Positions 10,339-18,460 of a DNA stretch of 64,000 bases are shown here, in pieces. A program made the position numbers and the translations under genes. Positions within the stretch are counted from its first letter, which is position 1, and every line of letters starts with the position of its first letter. This stretch comes from an uncultured Marinoscillum sp. (GTDB taxonomy: Bacteria; Bacteroidota; Bacteroidia; Cytophagales; Cyclobacteriaceae). The notes beneath the pieces were generated by a model. The model was not told the origin of the DNA, did no database searches, and was given only the letters and a program-made list of their open reading frames with translations. The DNA is taken from contig CAYGUA010000006.1 of NCBI GenBank assembly GCA_964353015.1, positions 42,407-106,406 of the forward strand. The letters are read 5' to 3'.

Positions 10339-10719
10339 TTATTCGATAATCTGCCTAATCAATTCTTCCAGCCTTTCAGCACTCTGCACATCACCCTTGT
10401 TGATGTATCCTGACACACTTGGTAACTTTTCTTCAGGTGCAAAATTCAAAGACGAAACAATAATAATTCGTGGTGGATTATCCATTTTGGCCAATCTAGG
10501 ACCTACCCAATCCACCAGATAGTTTCCATCCACATGGGGCATCTCCATGTCTAAAAACAAGATGTCAGGATTGATAGTAAAAATGGACTTGGCGCCCAAT
10601 ATTGGGTTATTAGAAGTTTCTACAAGATTTAGCCATTCAATATCCTCTATAAAGATTGAGAGTTTTCGAAGAAAAAGCGGATCATCATCGATAGCGAGGC
10701 ATTTGTAGGTTTTGGTCAT
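10339..10719 (-). CDS. Stand-alone response-regulator receiver (no output domain)
   Basis: 126 aa. AIDDDP acidic pocket and ILFLDMEMPHVDG phospho-acceptor context. Its stop codon is 1 nt from the stop codon of the convergent hybrid kinase. Confidence 0.85.
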   Translation of the reverse strand: MTKTYKCLAIDDDPLFLRKLSIFIEDIEWLNLVETSNNPILGAKSIFTINPDILFLDMEMPHVDGNYLVDWVGPRLAKMDNPPRIIIVSSLNFAPEEKLPSVSGYINKGDVQSAERLEELIRQIIE

Positions 10720-10956
10720 AGCAGGTGAATTTTTTCAAAAATACAGGATAAAGATAAATGACATAGTACAAACATCTAAGGCTTTGTACCATGACTAAAG
10801 GGTTTTACCAATTTTTCAAATAAAAACGAACCGAAATTCAATTAACATCAAGTCATAATTACCAATAATATTATCACCACTTGTTCACTCATTATAACTC
10901 AAAAGCAACCCTGCCATTTTTCGCACGTCTTTAACCGAAACCTAAAATTTGTCTCA

Positions 10957-11652
10957 ATGAAAAACTTCACATTTACGCTATTATTTATCCTCTCAGTGTG
11001 CTTATCATACACCACCACAGCCCAAAAAAGAACAATCGACTTCTCGCCATTTCAGGAAATAAGCTTCGGAATACCAGGCAAGCTATATCTCCGTCAGGGA
11101 CCTCAAAGTGTGGAAATAGATTGCGATGACGATATTTATGAAAAGATCAAATTTAGAATCTCAGGAAATAAATTGATCATCGAATCAAACAGCAGCTGGG
11201 GCTGGAACAACATCCAAAAATCTGATGTCACACTCTATGTATCCATGGAAAATATAGAAGAAATCAACCTGAGCGGATCTGGTGAGGTGATTGGTGAAGG
11301 TGAATTCGAAACTGGCGACCTAAGTATTAGCATAAGCGGTTCTGGGAATATGAACCTGAATGCATCCGCGAATTATATAACCACCACCATATCAGGATCA
11401 GGAAGAATCAATCTTGAGGGAAATGCAGAAAAAATGAAAGCTAGGATTAGTGGATCAGGCAATGTGAAAGCCGACAACTTTATCGTAGATATTGTGGACG
11501 CTTCCATCAGCGGGTCAGGTGATGTTTATATCACTGCTAAGGAAGAAATAACAGCCCATATATCTGGTAGTGGCAATGTTTACTACAATGGTGATCCCAA
11601 ACGAAAAGACGCTCACGCCTCAGGCAGTGGCAAGATCAGAAAGATGAATTAA
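10957..11652 (+). CDS. Secreted DUF2807 / GIN-domain (beta-helix, adhesin-head-like) protein
   Basis: Signal peptide (FTFTLLFILSVCLSYTTTAQ). SGSG-containing repeats recur at a roughly 20-25 aa period (LSGSGEV, ISGSGNM, ISGSGRI, ISGSGNV, ISGSGDV, ISGSGNV, ASGSGKI), which is typical of DUF2807. Confidence 0.8.
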   Translation: MKNFTFTLLFILSVCLSYTTTAQKRTIDFSPFQEISFGIPGKLYLRQGPQSVEIDCDDDIYEKIKFRISGNKLIIESNSSWGWNNIQKSDVTLYVSMENIEEINLSGSGEVIGEGEFETGDLSISISGSGNMNLNASANYITTTISGSGRINLEGNAEKMKARISGSGNVKADNFIVDIVDASISGSGDVYITAKEEITAHISGSGNVYYNGDPKRKDAHASGSGKIRKMN

Positions 11653-11698
11653 TTAAAAGGCTAAAGCTGACTTGATAGATAAAAAAATTATCACATGT

Positions 11699-11748
11699 AA
11701 TTCACAAATCAAAATACTATCAGTTGATAGTATTTTGATTTGTGAATT
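11699..11748. repeat. Perfect 24-bp-arm inverted repeat (long hairpin), 47 nt downstream of the GIN-domain gene stop
   Basis: AATTCACAAATCAAAATACTATCA-GT-TGATAGTATTTTGATTTGTGAATT. The arms 11699-11722 and 11725-11748 are exact reverse complements. The stem is AT-rich with no flanking T-run, so this is not a canonical intrinsic terminator. Confidence 0.9.
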
Positions 11749-11776
11749 ATTGTTAATTTGCAATGCCTTAGACTGT

Positions 11777-11792
11777 ATACTATCAGTTGATA
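11777..11792. repeat. Second copy of the hairpin core (ATACTATCAGTTGATA)
   Basis: The 16-nt string at 11777-11792 is identical to 11714-11729, 63 bp away. It contains the TATCA-GT-TGATA palindromic core. Confidence 0.85.
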
Positions 11793-11827
11793 TAATTAAC
11801 ATTAATTCGGTTTGTAAGTTACACATT

Positions 11828-12019
11828 GTGAAAAAAGGTATTATCTGGTTTGACGGAAACCAATTTCAGGCAGGATCTGAACAAGAATTTTCTAAAGCGA
11901 TGACAAATAAAGGTGTGCGTGTTATGAATGGTTTCAATCACGTCTCTTTGGAAGAAGCTGTCGTCATGGTTAAAAATCTCAATAGTTCAAATGTGCTCAA
12001 CCAAATGAAAAAGAAGTAA
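11828..12019 (+). CDS. Possible small hypothetical protein (63 aa, GTG start). The listed 115-aa ORF from TTG 11672 runs through the hairpin and is probably over-extended.
   Basis: Only the 3' part (VKKGIIWFDGNQFQAGSEQEFSKAMTNKGVRVMNGFNHVSLEEAVVMVKNL...) has protein-like composition. I recognise no motif. Confidence 0.25.
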   Translation: MKKGIIWFDGNQFQAGSEQEFSKAMTNKGVRVMNGFNHVSLEEAVVMVKNLNSSNVLNQMKKK

Positions 12020-12040
12020 TTTCAAATGAAGATTCTTCAT

Positions 12041-13081
12041 TCAGAACCACCTTTTCATTTTCATATATAACCCCATAGCAATAGCTACCGCCACCATAGC
12101 CACAACCACTGAGGGATATCCCCATTCTGAGTCCAATTCAGGCATATAATGGAAATTCATACCATATACACCAGCCAAAAAAGTAAGCGGAATAAAGATC
12201 GCTGAAACCACAGTAAGCGTCTTCATGACTCGGTTCATCTCATTGTTTTGGTTAGAATGATGCAAATCCATCAAATCCCGAAGCATTTCCCGAGATGTCT
12301 CAAAAGAAGTCACAAGAAAATTGAGCTGATCCACTACATCCTGAAAATAATTAACCGAAGATTTTTTGATGAAATGATCCGCCTCTACCCGCATTTTATT
12401 CAATGAATCCCGCATCGGAAGCGTGTATTTGCGCAGTAGGTTCACATCCTTTTTGATTTCTATCACCTGCTGCATTACATCATATCTGGGATCCGCCAGC
12501 GACTTAGATTCCAAACGCTCAATTCTCGTTCGCAGCTTTTCCATGATCTGCAAATAATGATTGACTACAGCATTCAGAATATGATAAAACAAATAATCAA
12601 CTTCATATTTTCTGATCATCCCTTTGGCCAGCTGAATACGCCCTCTGAGTTCGTTAAATGCATCACCCGGTATCCCTTCCTGAAAAGTAATCAACAGATT
12701 TTTTGATATAACGATACTGAGGTGCTCTTTCAATATCAGGTTTTCACCTTCATCAAAGCTGAGCATTTTGGTATTGAAAAACAGATGCTGATCAAACAAT
12801 TCAAACTTAGGCAGCTGATCCAGATTTAAGATATCTTCAGCGACCAGATGATGAATAGAAAAAAGTTTGGTTACTTCTTCCACCATGGCCTCATTGGTCG
12901 TCTCCACATCTATCCAGTTGACATGATTATCCTCGATCAAAATGGAAGCTTCTGTGGGTGTCAACTCATCCTTCACTAAGTAGCCAGAATCATTGTATTG
13001 TATGAGTGTAAGCAAGTTTGAAAATTTGAGATAAAACTTTAAGAGATAGCAATTATAACTGTCAGACTTGATTATGCCCAA
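12041..13081 (-). CDS. corA: Magnesium/cobalt transporter CorA
   Basis: C-terminal two TM helices with the signature YGMNF (GVYGMNFHYMPE). The size is typical for CorA. The listed start is TTG at 13081; an in-frame TTG at 13015 (MLTLIQYND...) is an alternative start. Confidence 0.9.
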   Translation of the reverse strand: MGIIKSDSYNCYLLKFYLKFSNLLTLIQYNDSGYLVKDELTPTEASILIEDNHVNWIDVETTNEAMVEEVTKLFSIHHLVAEDILNLDQLPKFELFDQHLFFNTKMLSFDEGENLILKEHLSIVISKNLLITFQEGIPGDAFNELRGRIQLAKGMIRKYEVDYLFYHILNAVVNHYLQIMEKLRTRIERLESKSLADPRYDVMQQVIEIKKDVNLLRKYTLPMRDSLNKMRVEADHFIKKSSVNYFQDVVDQLNFLVTSFETSREMLRDLMDLHHSNQNNEMNRVMKTLTVVSAIFIPLTFLAGVYGMNFHYMPELDSEWGYPSVVVAMVAVAIAMGLYMKMKRWF

Positions 13082-13292
13082 CTAAACCATCTAAATAAAT
13101 CAATTTCAAAATCTAGATTCTGATAAAACCAAACGATTCATTTTTCTAGAAATGATAAATGGTTTATTAATTCACATCTCTGCATTTGGCAATCCTTTTC
13201 ACTAACTTCGCGTCCCAGTTCTTCGGTAGATCATCTGCTATGATTTAGCCTAAGTAAGAATTCATTTTTTGTCGATTAAAATTTAAACTTTT

Positions 13293-14156
13293 ATGCAAAA
13301 TCAAATCAATCAGGAGCTCATTAGCGCTGAGGAGTACAACCTACTTCTTGGAGCCAAACCTGCTGCACCTGAGTTGATACCAATTGCATACGAGGATCGA
13401 TCTAAAATATTCAATCTGGTACGTGAAGAGAACATTGAATACCGCTATATCAATGGATCGTGTGAAGATCGAGCGCATTATATCTCCTTGCTTTTAGAAT
13501 ACCATGGGGTGAAAATGGCTAAAATCTGGAATTTTGCTCCAGCGAGATATACCTTTTTATCCAATGAATTATTTGAAATTTCAGATCCTTATGGCATTTC
13601 TGAAAATGTAACGTGGGGATATCACGTAGCGCCTTATTTGAAATCATATAATGAAGTAGGCGAAATCGAAACACTGATCATTGATCAGTCGCTGTGTCCA
13701 GACAATTTTCTGTTTGAGCAGGAATGGCTCGATAAAATGAATTGTCCTGGTGCCATACAACTTCATACTGATATATCGAGTTACCTGTTCAATTCCATTT
13801 TTGGATATGTTGGGTACAATCCAATAAGCTACGAGACGTATTATAATACACCGCTGGACATTCCATCGATCATCACTGGTAATTTCTGGAACTTATATGA
13901 AGGAGACGATTTTGTTCAAAAAGGTCTTGCGATCAATGATCTCGCTGTTGAGATATTCAATTTCAAGCGATACTTGACAGATACCGAGAATGAATATTTA
14001 AGTAACGTTTTGAACAGCATTGATGAAGTGATCAGACTATCAGCAACAGCCAAGCCGTTCGAAATAAGTCAGCATGCTTTCAATCATTTCATTCAGTTTT
14101 ACCAGGAAAGATATCACCATTGGAGTGTGAAGTTGATCCAACTTAATGGCTTTTAA
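13293..14156 (+). CDS. Protein-glutamine glutaminase (protein deamidase) family protein, cytoplasmic form with an extra C-terminal domain
   Basis: The motifs NGSCEDRAHY, TWGYHVAPYL and LIIDQSLCP line up with the Cys/His/Asp regions as I recall them from Chryseobacterium protein-glutaminase (DGCYARAHK, AWSYHVA, IIDPSL). There is no signal peptide or pro-region. About 130 further residues have no motif I recognise. Confidence 0.6.
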   Translation: MQNQINQELISAEEYNLLLGAKPAAPELIPIAYEDRSKIFNLVREENIEYRYINGSCEDRAHYISLLLEYHGVKMAKIWNFAPARYTFLSNELFEISDPYGISENVTWGYHVAPYLKSYNEVGEIETLIIDQSLCPDNFLFEQEWLDKMNCPGAIQLHTDISSYLFNSIFGYVGYNPISYETYYNTPLDIPSIITGNFWNLYEGDDFVQKGLAINDLAVEIFNFKRYLTDTENEYLSNVLNSIDEVIRLSATAKPFEISQHAFNHFIQFYQERYHHWSVKLIQLNGF

Positions 14157-14362
14157 CTAGCCAATTTTTTACCATTTCAATAATCTTCCCAAGCCTTCGG
14201 GTCAATCATTGTAATTGGATTCTAGCCCATTTTGATTAATCAAGTACCTCTATATTTTTGAAATTTTCAATCCTGAAAACATCTCCACTATTTTTATTGA
14301 TTAGGGATTCTTATATTCATAGTTGTTTTTATAAAAAATATTTCTAACCAAACATTAATCAC

Positions 14363-14803
14363 ATGCCCGAAATTAACATTAACATGATGGCTATACTCAT
14401 AGTAGTAGTAGCCAATTTCATTTTTGGATTTTTATGGTACACTCCCATCTTCGGAAAAGCGTGGGCCAAAGAGATGGGTTTTGACACCAGTCAAAAGCCT
14501 CAAACAGGTGCAATGATCAAAGGAATGGTCTTTATGGTCATAGGTAATTTTCTGTTTGCGTGGGTACTCGCACACAATATGGCCGTGTGGAATCCTGTAA
14601 CCTGGGGACTACCGCCTTCTGACATGTCGCCTGCTGCAAATGCTGGCATGGCCGCCATGTTTACCTGGCTGGGATTTTACTTACCTGTAGATATTGGAGC
14701 TGTAACCTGGGAAGGCAAATCTTGGAAACTATTTGCAATCAATACCAGCTATCACTTCATATCACTTTTAATAGCTGCCATGATTTTAGCTAATATGCTT
14801 TAA
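14363..14803 (+). CDS. DUF1761 family membrane protein
   Basis: Four hydrophobic helices. The N-terminal FIFGFLWYTPIFGKAWAKEMG matches the characteristic DUF1761 opening motif. Confidence 0.7.
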   Translation: MPEININMMAILIVVVANFIFGFLWYTPIFGKAWAKEMGFDTSQKPQTGAMIKGMVFMVIGNFLFAWVLAHNMAVWNPVTWGLPPSDMSPAANAGMAAMFTWLGFYLPVDIGAVTWEGKSWKLFAINTSYHFISLLIAAMILANML

Positions 14804-14825
14804 ATCATCGTTTATCATTCCATTC

Positions 14826-14859
14826 AAAGAGCAGGTTCTAATTGGAACTTGCTCTTTTT
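14826..14859 (+). terminator. Intrinsic terminator after the DUF1761 gene
   Basis: AAAGAGCAGGTTC-taattg-GAACTTGCTCTTTTT: a 12-bp stem with one G-U pair, followed by a T-run. Confidence 0.7.
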
Positions 14860-14934
14860 ATATCCAACAAACTGACCATAATCATAGTCAAATAGCCTTT
14901 TGTATATTACCTTAATGCCATTAGCTATTGAATT

Positions 14935-16032
14935 ATGAAAAAATTACTCGTCCTTACTGGTGGAGGTGATTGCCCCGGATTAAATGCTGTACTTCGTGCC
15001 ATTGTCAAACGCTCTATGCAAGAAAAAGACTGGAAGGTTTACGGAAGTATTGAAGCCTATCATGGAGTTCTAAGAGACCCGATGGAAATCGTTGAGCTTG
15101 ACAATAGTCGAATTGCTGGCATCCATGTGAAAGGAGGCACCATTATCAAAACCACTACCAAAGGGGATCCATTTCATTATCCACAATTGCGAGCTGACGG
15201 CACGTATGAAATCATTGATCGCTCGGACGACCTTATTCAAAGAATCAAAAAACTCGGCATAGATGCTGTTATCAGCATAGGTGGAGACGGAAGTCAACGC
15301 ATCTCACAGGCACTTTTCGAGAAAGGTCTGCCAGTTATTGGTGTTCCTAAAACAATTGACAATGATCTTTCTGCGACTGACTTCACATTTGGCTTTCAAA
15401 CCGCGGTAGAGGTAGCCTCTGAAGCAGTAGATAAACTTGTAACCACTGCCGAAAGTCATAGCCGGATCATTATTCTAGAACTTATGGGACGAGATGCAGG
15501 ATGGATCGCGCTACATGCGGCGATTGCCGGAGGGGTAGAAGTATGTCTCATTCCCGAAATACCTTATGACATCAATAAGGTGGTGGAAAGGGTCAATAGC
15601 AGGTATCACAACGGCAGAGGTTTTGCGAATATCATCATAGCCGAAGGAGCAAAATCAAAAGATGGTGATGTATTGATGCGTGAAAGTGATGAGATAGGCT
15701 ATCAAATGAAAAGACTTGGTGGTGTGGCTTATCTTCTTAGTCATCAAATGAAACAGGCTGGTTGCTTGGCGGATATGCGCGAAATGGTACTAGGACATCT
15801 CCAACGAGGGGGAACGCCAATTGCCTTCGATCGGGTTTTGGCCACTGCATTTGGTGTGAAAGCCTTTGAAATGGTACTCGAAGAAAAATTTGGTCAGATG
15901 GTTGTCTATAAAAATAATGATTACATAGATGTACCGATCAAGACTGCCACAAGCGCATATAATTTCGTAGATGTTGAAAATTCATATCTCATCAAGACGG
16001 CAAGAGGTGTGGGGATTTCATTTGGGGATTGA
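14935..16032 (+). CDS. pfkA: 6-phosphofructokinase
   Basis: GGDCPGLNAV, GGDGS, PKTIDNDL and MGRDAGWIAL motifs. Confidence 0.92.
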   Translation: MKKLLVLTGGGDCPGLNAVLRAIVKRSMQEKDWKVYGSIEAYHGVLRDPMEIVELDNSRIAGIHVKGGTIIKTTTKGDPFHYPQLRADGTYEIIDRSDDLIQRIKKLGIDAVISIGGDGSQRISQALFEKGLPVIGVPKTIDNDLSATDFTFGFQTAVEVASEAVDKLVTTAESHSRIIILELMGRDAGWIALHAAIAGGVEVCLIPEIPYDINKVVERVNSRYHNGRGFANIIIAEGAKSKDGDVLMRESDEIGYQMKRLGGVAYLLSHQMKQAGCLADMREMVLGHLQRGGTPIAFDRVLATAFGVKAFEMVLEEKFGQMVVYKNNDYIDVPIKTATSAYNFVDVENSYLIKTARGVGISFGD

Positions 16033-16336
16033 GGATTAATCTAACCTTCGAACTTCCTAAAAGACCAAAAGAAATTTCGGATTTATAATCAGATAACTTG
16101 ACAATAAGACACATCATTGTATTCAGTATTTCAAAATATTATTTCAAAATCGATCAGATTTTTGATCATTAAGAAAAATCCCAACTTTTCAAACGATTGC
16201 AAAAAATAAGGTTTTCATTTCATATTTGTCAATTTTCAACATCCTGTTATATTGCCAGATGATAATTTCTAATCTATAACCAATTTGCCGTTTTCAGCAA
16301 TATGTTAATTAGAAATGGAAACCTGACTTTAACCTC

Positions 16337-17815
16337 ATGACTTTTAAAAAACCATCATTATCGTTTTGGCAAATCTGGAATATGAATGTGGGATTCTTCG
16401 GAATTCAATTCAGTTTTGGTCTTCAACAAACTGCCGTAAATCCAATATTTTCATTCTTGGGTGCACATCACGATCAGCTGCCTTTGCTCAATCTAGCTGG
16501 GCCAGTCACAGGTCTACTGATTCAGCCATTGATTGGAGCTATTTCCGATAAGACATGGTCTCCACGCTGGGGAAGAAGAAAACCTTTCTTTCTGATTGGT
16601 GCATTGATAGGCAGTCTGTGTCTGATGATGTTCCCATATAGCTCGGAGCTTTGGTTTGCTGTAGGCTTGCTGTGGATTTTGGATGCAGGAAACAACACCG
16701 CAATGGAACCATACCGCGCGTTTGTGGGTGATAAATTGCCAGATGAACAATTAACTTTTGGTTTTCAAATGCAAAGTTTGTTTGTAGGAGCAGGCATTAC
16801 ACTTGCCAATTTTTCACTCTTCCTATTTCAAGATTGGTTTGGAGGATCCAACGCAAGCGAGTCCAGTCTCTGTGGTCCAGATGTAGGTCAAGTTTCATCA
16901 ATCCCAACCTGGGTTTATTATTCCTTCTTTTTGGGTGCATTTGCTTCCATTGTCAGTATCATCTGGTCAGTTTATAAAACACCTGAAATACCTCCATCGG
17001 ATGAAGAGCTAGCTAAAATGCGAGCTGAAAATCAAGGACAATCTCTAATACAAAAAATATTCGATCCGCTAGTGGAGATTTTCAAAGCCATTGGTGATAT
17101 GCCAAAACTCATGTGGCAACTCGCATTTGTCTACCTGTTCCAGTGGTATGCGTTGTTCGTTTATTGGCAATTCATCACACCAATGCTTAGAACCACACTT
17201 TTTGGTATCAGTAACGAAAAAATGGACAAGTTCGAAGGAATCATGGGAGCTTGTAATGCAGGTGAATCAATAAGTGCGGTTGACATGTCTTTTGCGCAGG
17301 GCATTCAGACGCAAATGGAGCAGGCCCTTGGTCAAACCGGACTGATGAACGGGACTTATAATTTGGTTACGATGATAGTAGCGTTGGCTCTTGTGCCACT
17401 TGCAAGAAAGTTTAGCAACAAAAAAGTATATGTAGGCAGCTTGGTTCTGACAGGAATAGGGATGTTGTCAATGCCCTATATCACAGATCAATATCTATTA
17501 TTACTCCCTATGATATTATTCGGAATAGGATGGGCTTGTATGATGGGTATCCCTTATTCGATGGTTTCAAAAGTCATTCCTTCGGATAGACGCGGTGTTT
17601 ACATGGGTATTGTCAATATGATGATTGTGATCCCTATGTTGATCCAAACCATTTCTTTTGGCTTCATCATCAAATATCTATTGGACAACAATGCTACAAA
17701 TGCCATTATTTTCGGTGGCGTATTCTTTGTGATTGCGGCTATTTTGGCTTCCAGGCTTCAGGTAGCAAAAGATGATGGAAATGAAGCGCCTATACCAATG
17801 GGTGGCGGGCATTGA
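16337..17815 (+). CDS. MFS sugar transporter, SLC45 / sucrose-H+ symporter-like (GPH-related)
   Basis: About 12 TM helices. The loop 2-3 motif PLIGAISDKTWSPRWGRRKPFFLIGA is typical of SLC45 and plant-SUT-like transporters. Confidence 0.8.
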   Translation: MTFKKPSLSFWQIWNMNVGFFGIQFSFGLQQTAVNPIFSFLGAHHDQLPLLNLAGPVTGLLIQPLIGAISDKTWSPRWGRRKPFFLIGALIGSLCLMMFPYSSELWFAVGLLWILDAGNNTAMEPYRAFVGDKLPDEQLTFGFQMQSLFVGAGITLANFSLFLFQDWFGGSNASESSLCGPDVGQVSSIPTWVYYSFFLGAFASIVSIIWSVYKTPEIPPSDEELAKMRAENQGQSLIQKIFDPLVEIFKAIGDMPKLMWQLAFVYLFQWYALFVYWQFITPMLRTTLFGISNEKMDKFEGIMGACNAGESISAVDMSFAQGIQTQMEQALGQTGLMNGTYNLVTMIVALALVPLARKFSNKKVYVGSLVLTGIGMLSMPYITDQYLLLLPMILFGIGWACMMGIPYSMVSKVIPSDRRGVYMGIVNMMIVIPMLIQTISFGFIIKYLLDNNATNAIIFGGVFFVIAAILASRLQVAKDDGNEAPIPMGGGH

Positions 17816-17844
17816 TGAACGAAACATTGTAAATTAAACATATC

Positions 17845-17885
17845 AAAAAACCGGATTTCGATTGGTATCAAAATCCGGTTTTTTT
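17845..17885. terminator. Bidirectional intrinsic terminator between convergent MFS and GNAT genes
   Basis: AAAAACCGGATTT-cgattggtatca-AAATCCGGTTTTTTT: a 10-bp stem with an A-run upstream and a T-run downstream. Confidence 0.8.
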
Positions 17886-17920
17886 ATTCATCATGTAAGT
17901 ATTTGACTAGCTCAATCCTG

Positions 17921-18460
17921 TCAGTCAATTTTGATTTCCATCACATAATCATTCATCCAGAAACCCTCTCCTATTTCATTGTCCTCCTCACGGATGATTG
18001 CAAAACCTATGCGCTGATAAAACATCACAGCGGTATTTTTCCTATTCACATACAAGATTACACGCTCACTTTTCTCCTTTTTTGCGGCACTCAACGCCTC
18101 ATTGATTAGTGACCGACCAACTCCCATTCCTTGTGCTGAGGGAAGAATATAAATTTTATGAATTTTGGTTATGCCTCCTTCCAATCCTGATTGAAAAGAT
18201 ATAAATCCCAATGGACGTTGATCTTCCTCAGCTATGAGAAATTGATGCCCTTCCCTTTTTTGTTGATGCAATGATTCTTCGCTAAACATCCATTCCAGCA
18301 TATAATTTATCTGCTGCATGGAGATTACTTCTGCATAAGTGATTGGCCAGGTTTCCTTGGCTATTTTCCTGATAATTGGAAAATCTGCCTCTGAAGCTTT
18401 GGTGATATTTATAATTTCGGGTTCTTTTCTAAAAGAACCTGACAATTTTGAAACGGACAT
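17921..18460 (-). CDS. GNAT family N-acetyltransferase
   Basis: Acetyl-CoA binding motif QGMGVGRSL. Typical size. The ATG immediately follows the GH3 stop codon (TAAATG). Confidence 0.85.
   Translation of the reverse strand: MSVSKLSGSFRKEPEIINITKASEADFPIIRKIAKETWPITYAEVISMQQINYMLEWMFSEESLHQQKREGHQFLIAEEDQRPLGFISFQSGLEGGITKIHKIYILPSAQGMGVGRSLINEALSAAKKEKSERVILYVNRKNTAVMFYQRIGFAIIREEDNEIGEGFWMNDYVMEIKID

Noticed and set aside
10766-10789. 7-bp inverted repeat GTACAAA-N10-TTTGTAC in the divergent region between the minus-strand receiver and the GIN-domain gene.
   Set aside because: It is short and AT-rich, there is no second copy, and it cannot be distinguished from chance without comparative data.
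12026-12040. 15-nt palindrome ATGAAGA-T-TCTTCAT next to the corA stop.
   Set aside because: A 1-nt loop cannot form a hairpin. It is short and plausibly coincidental.
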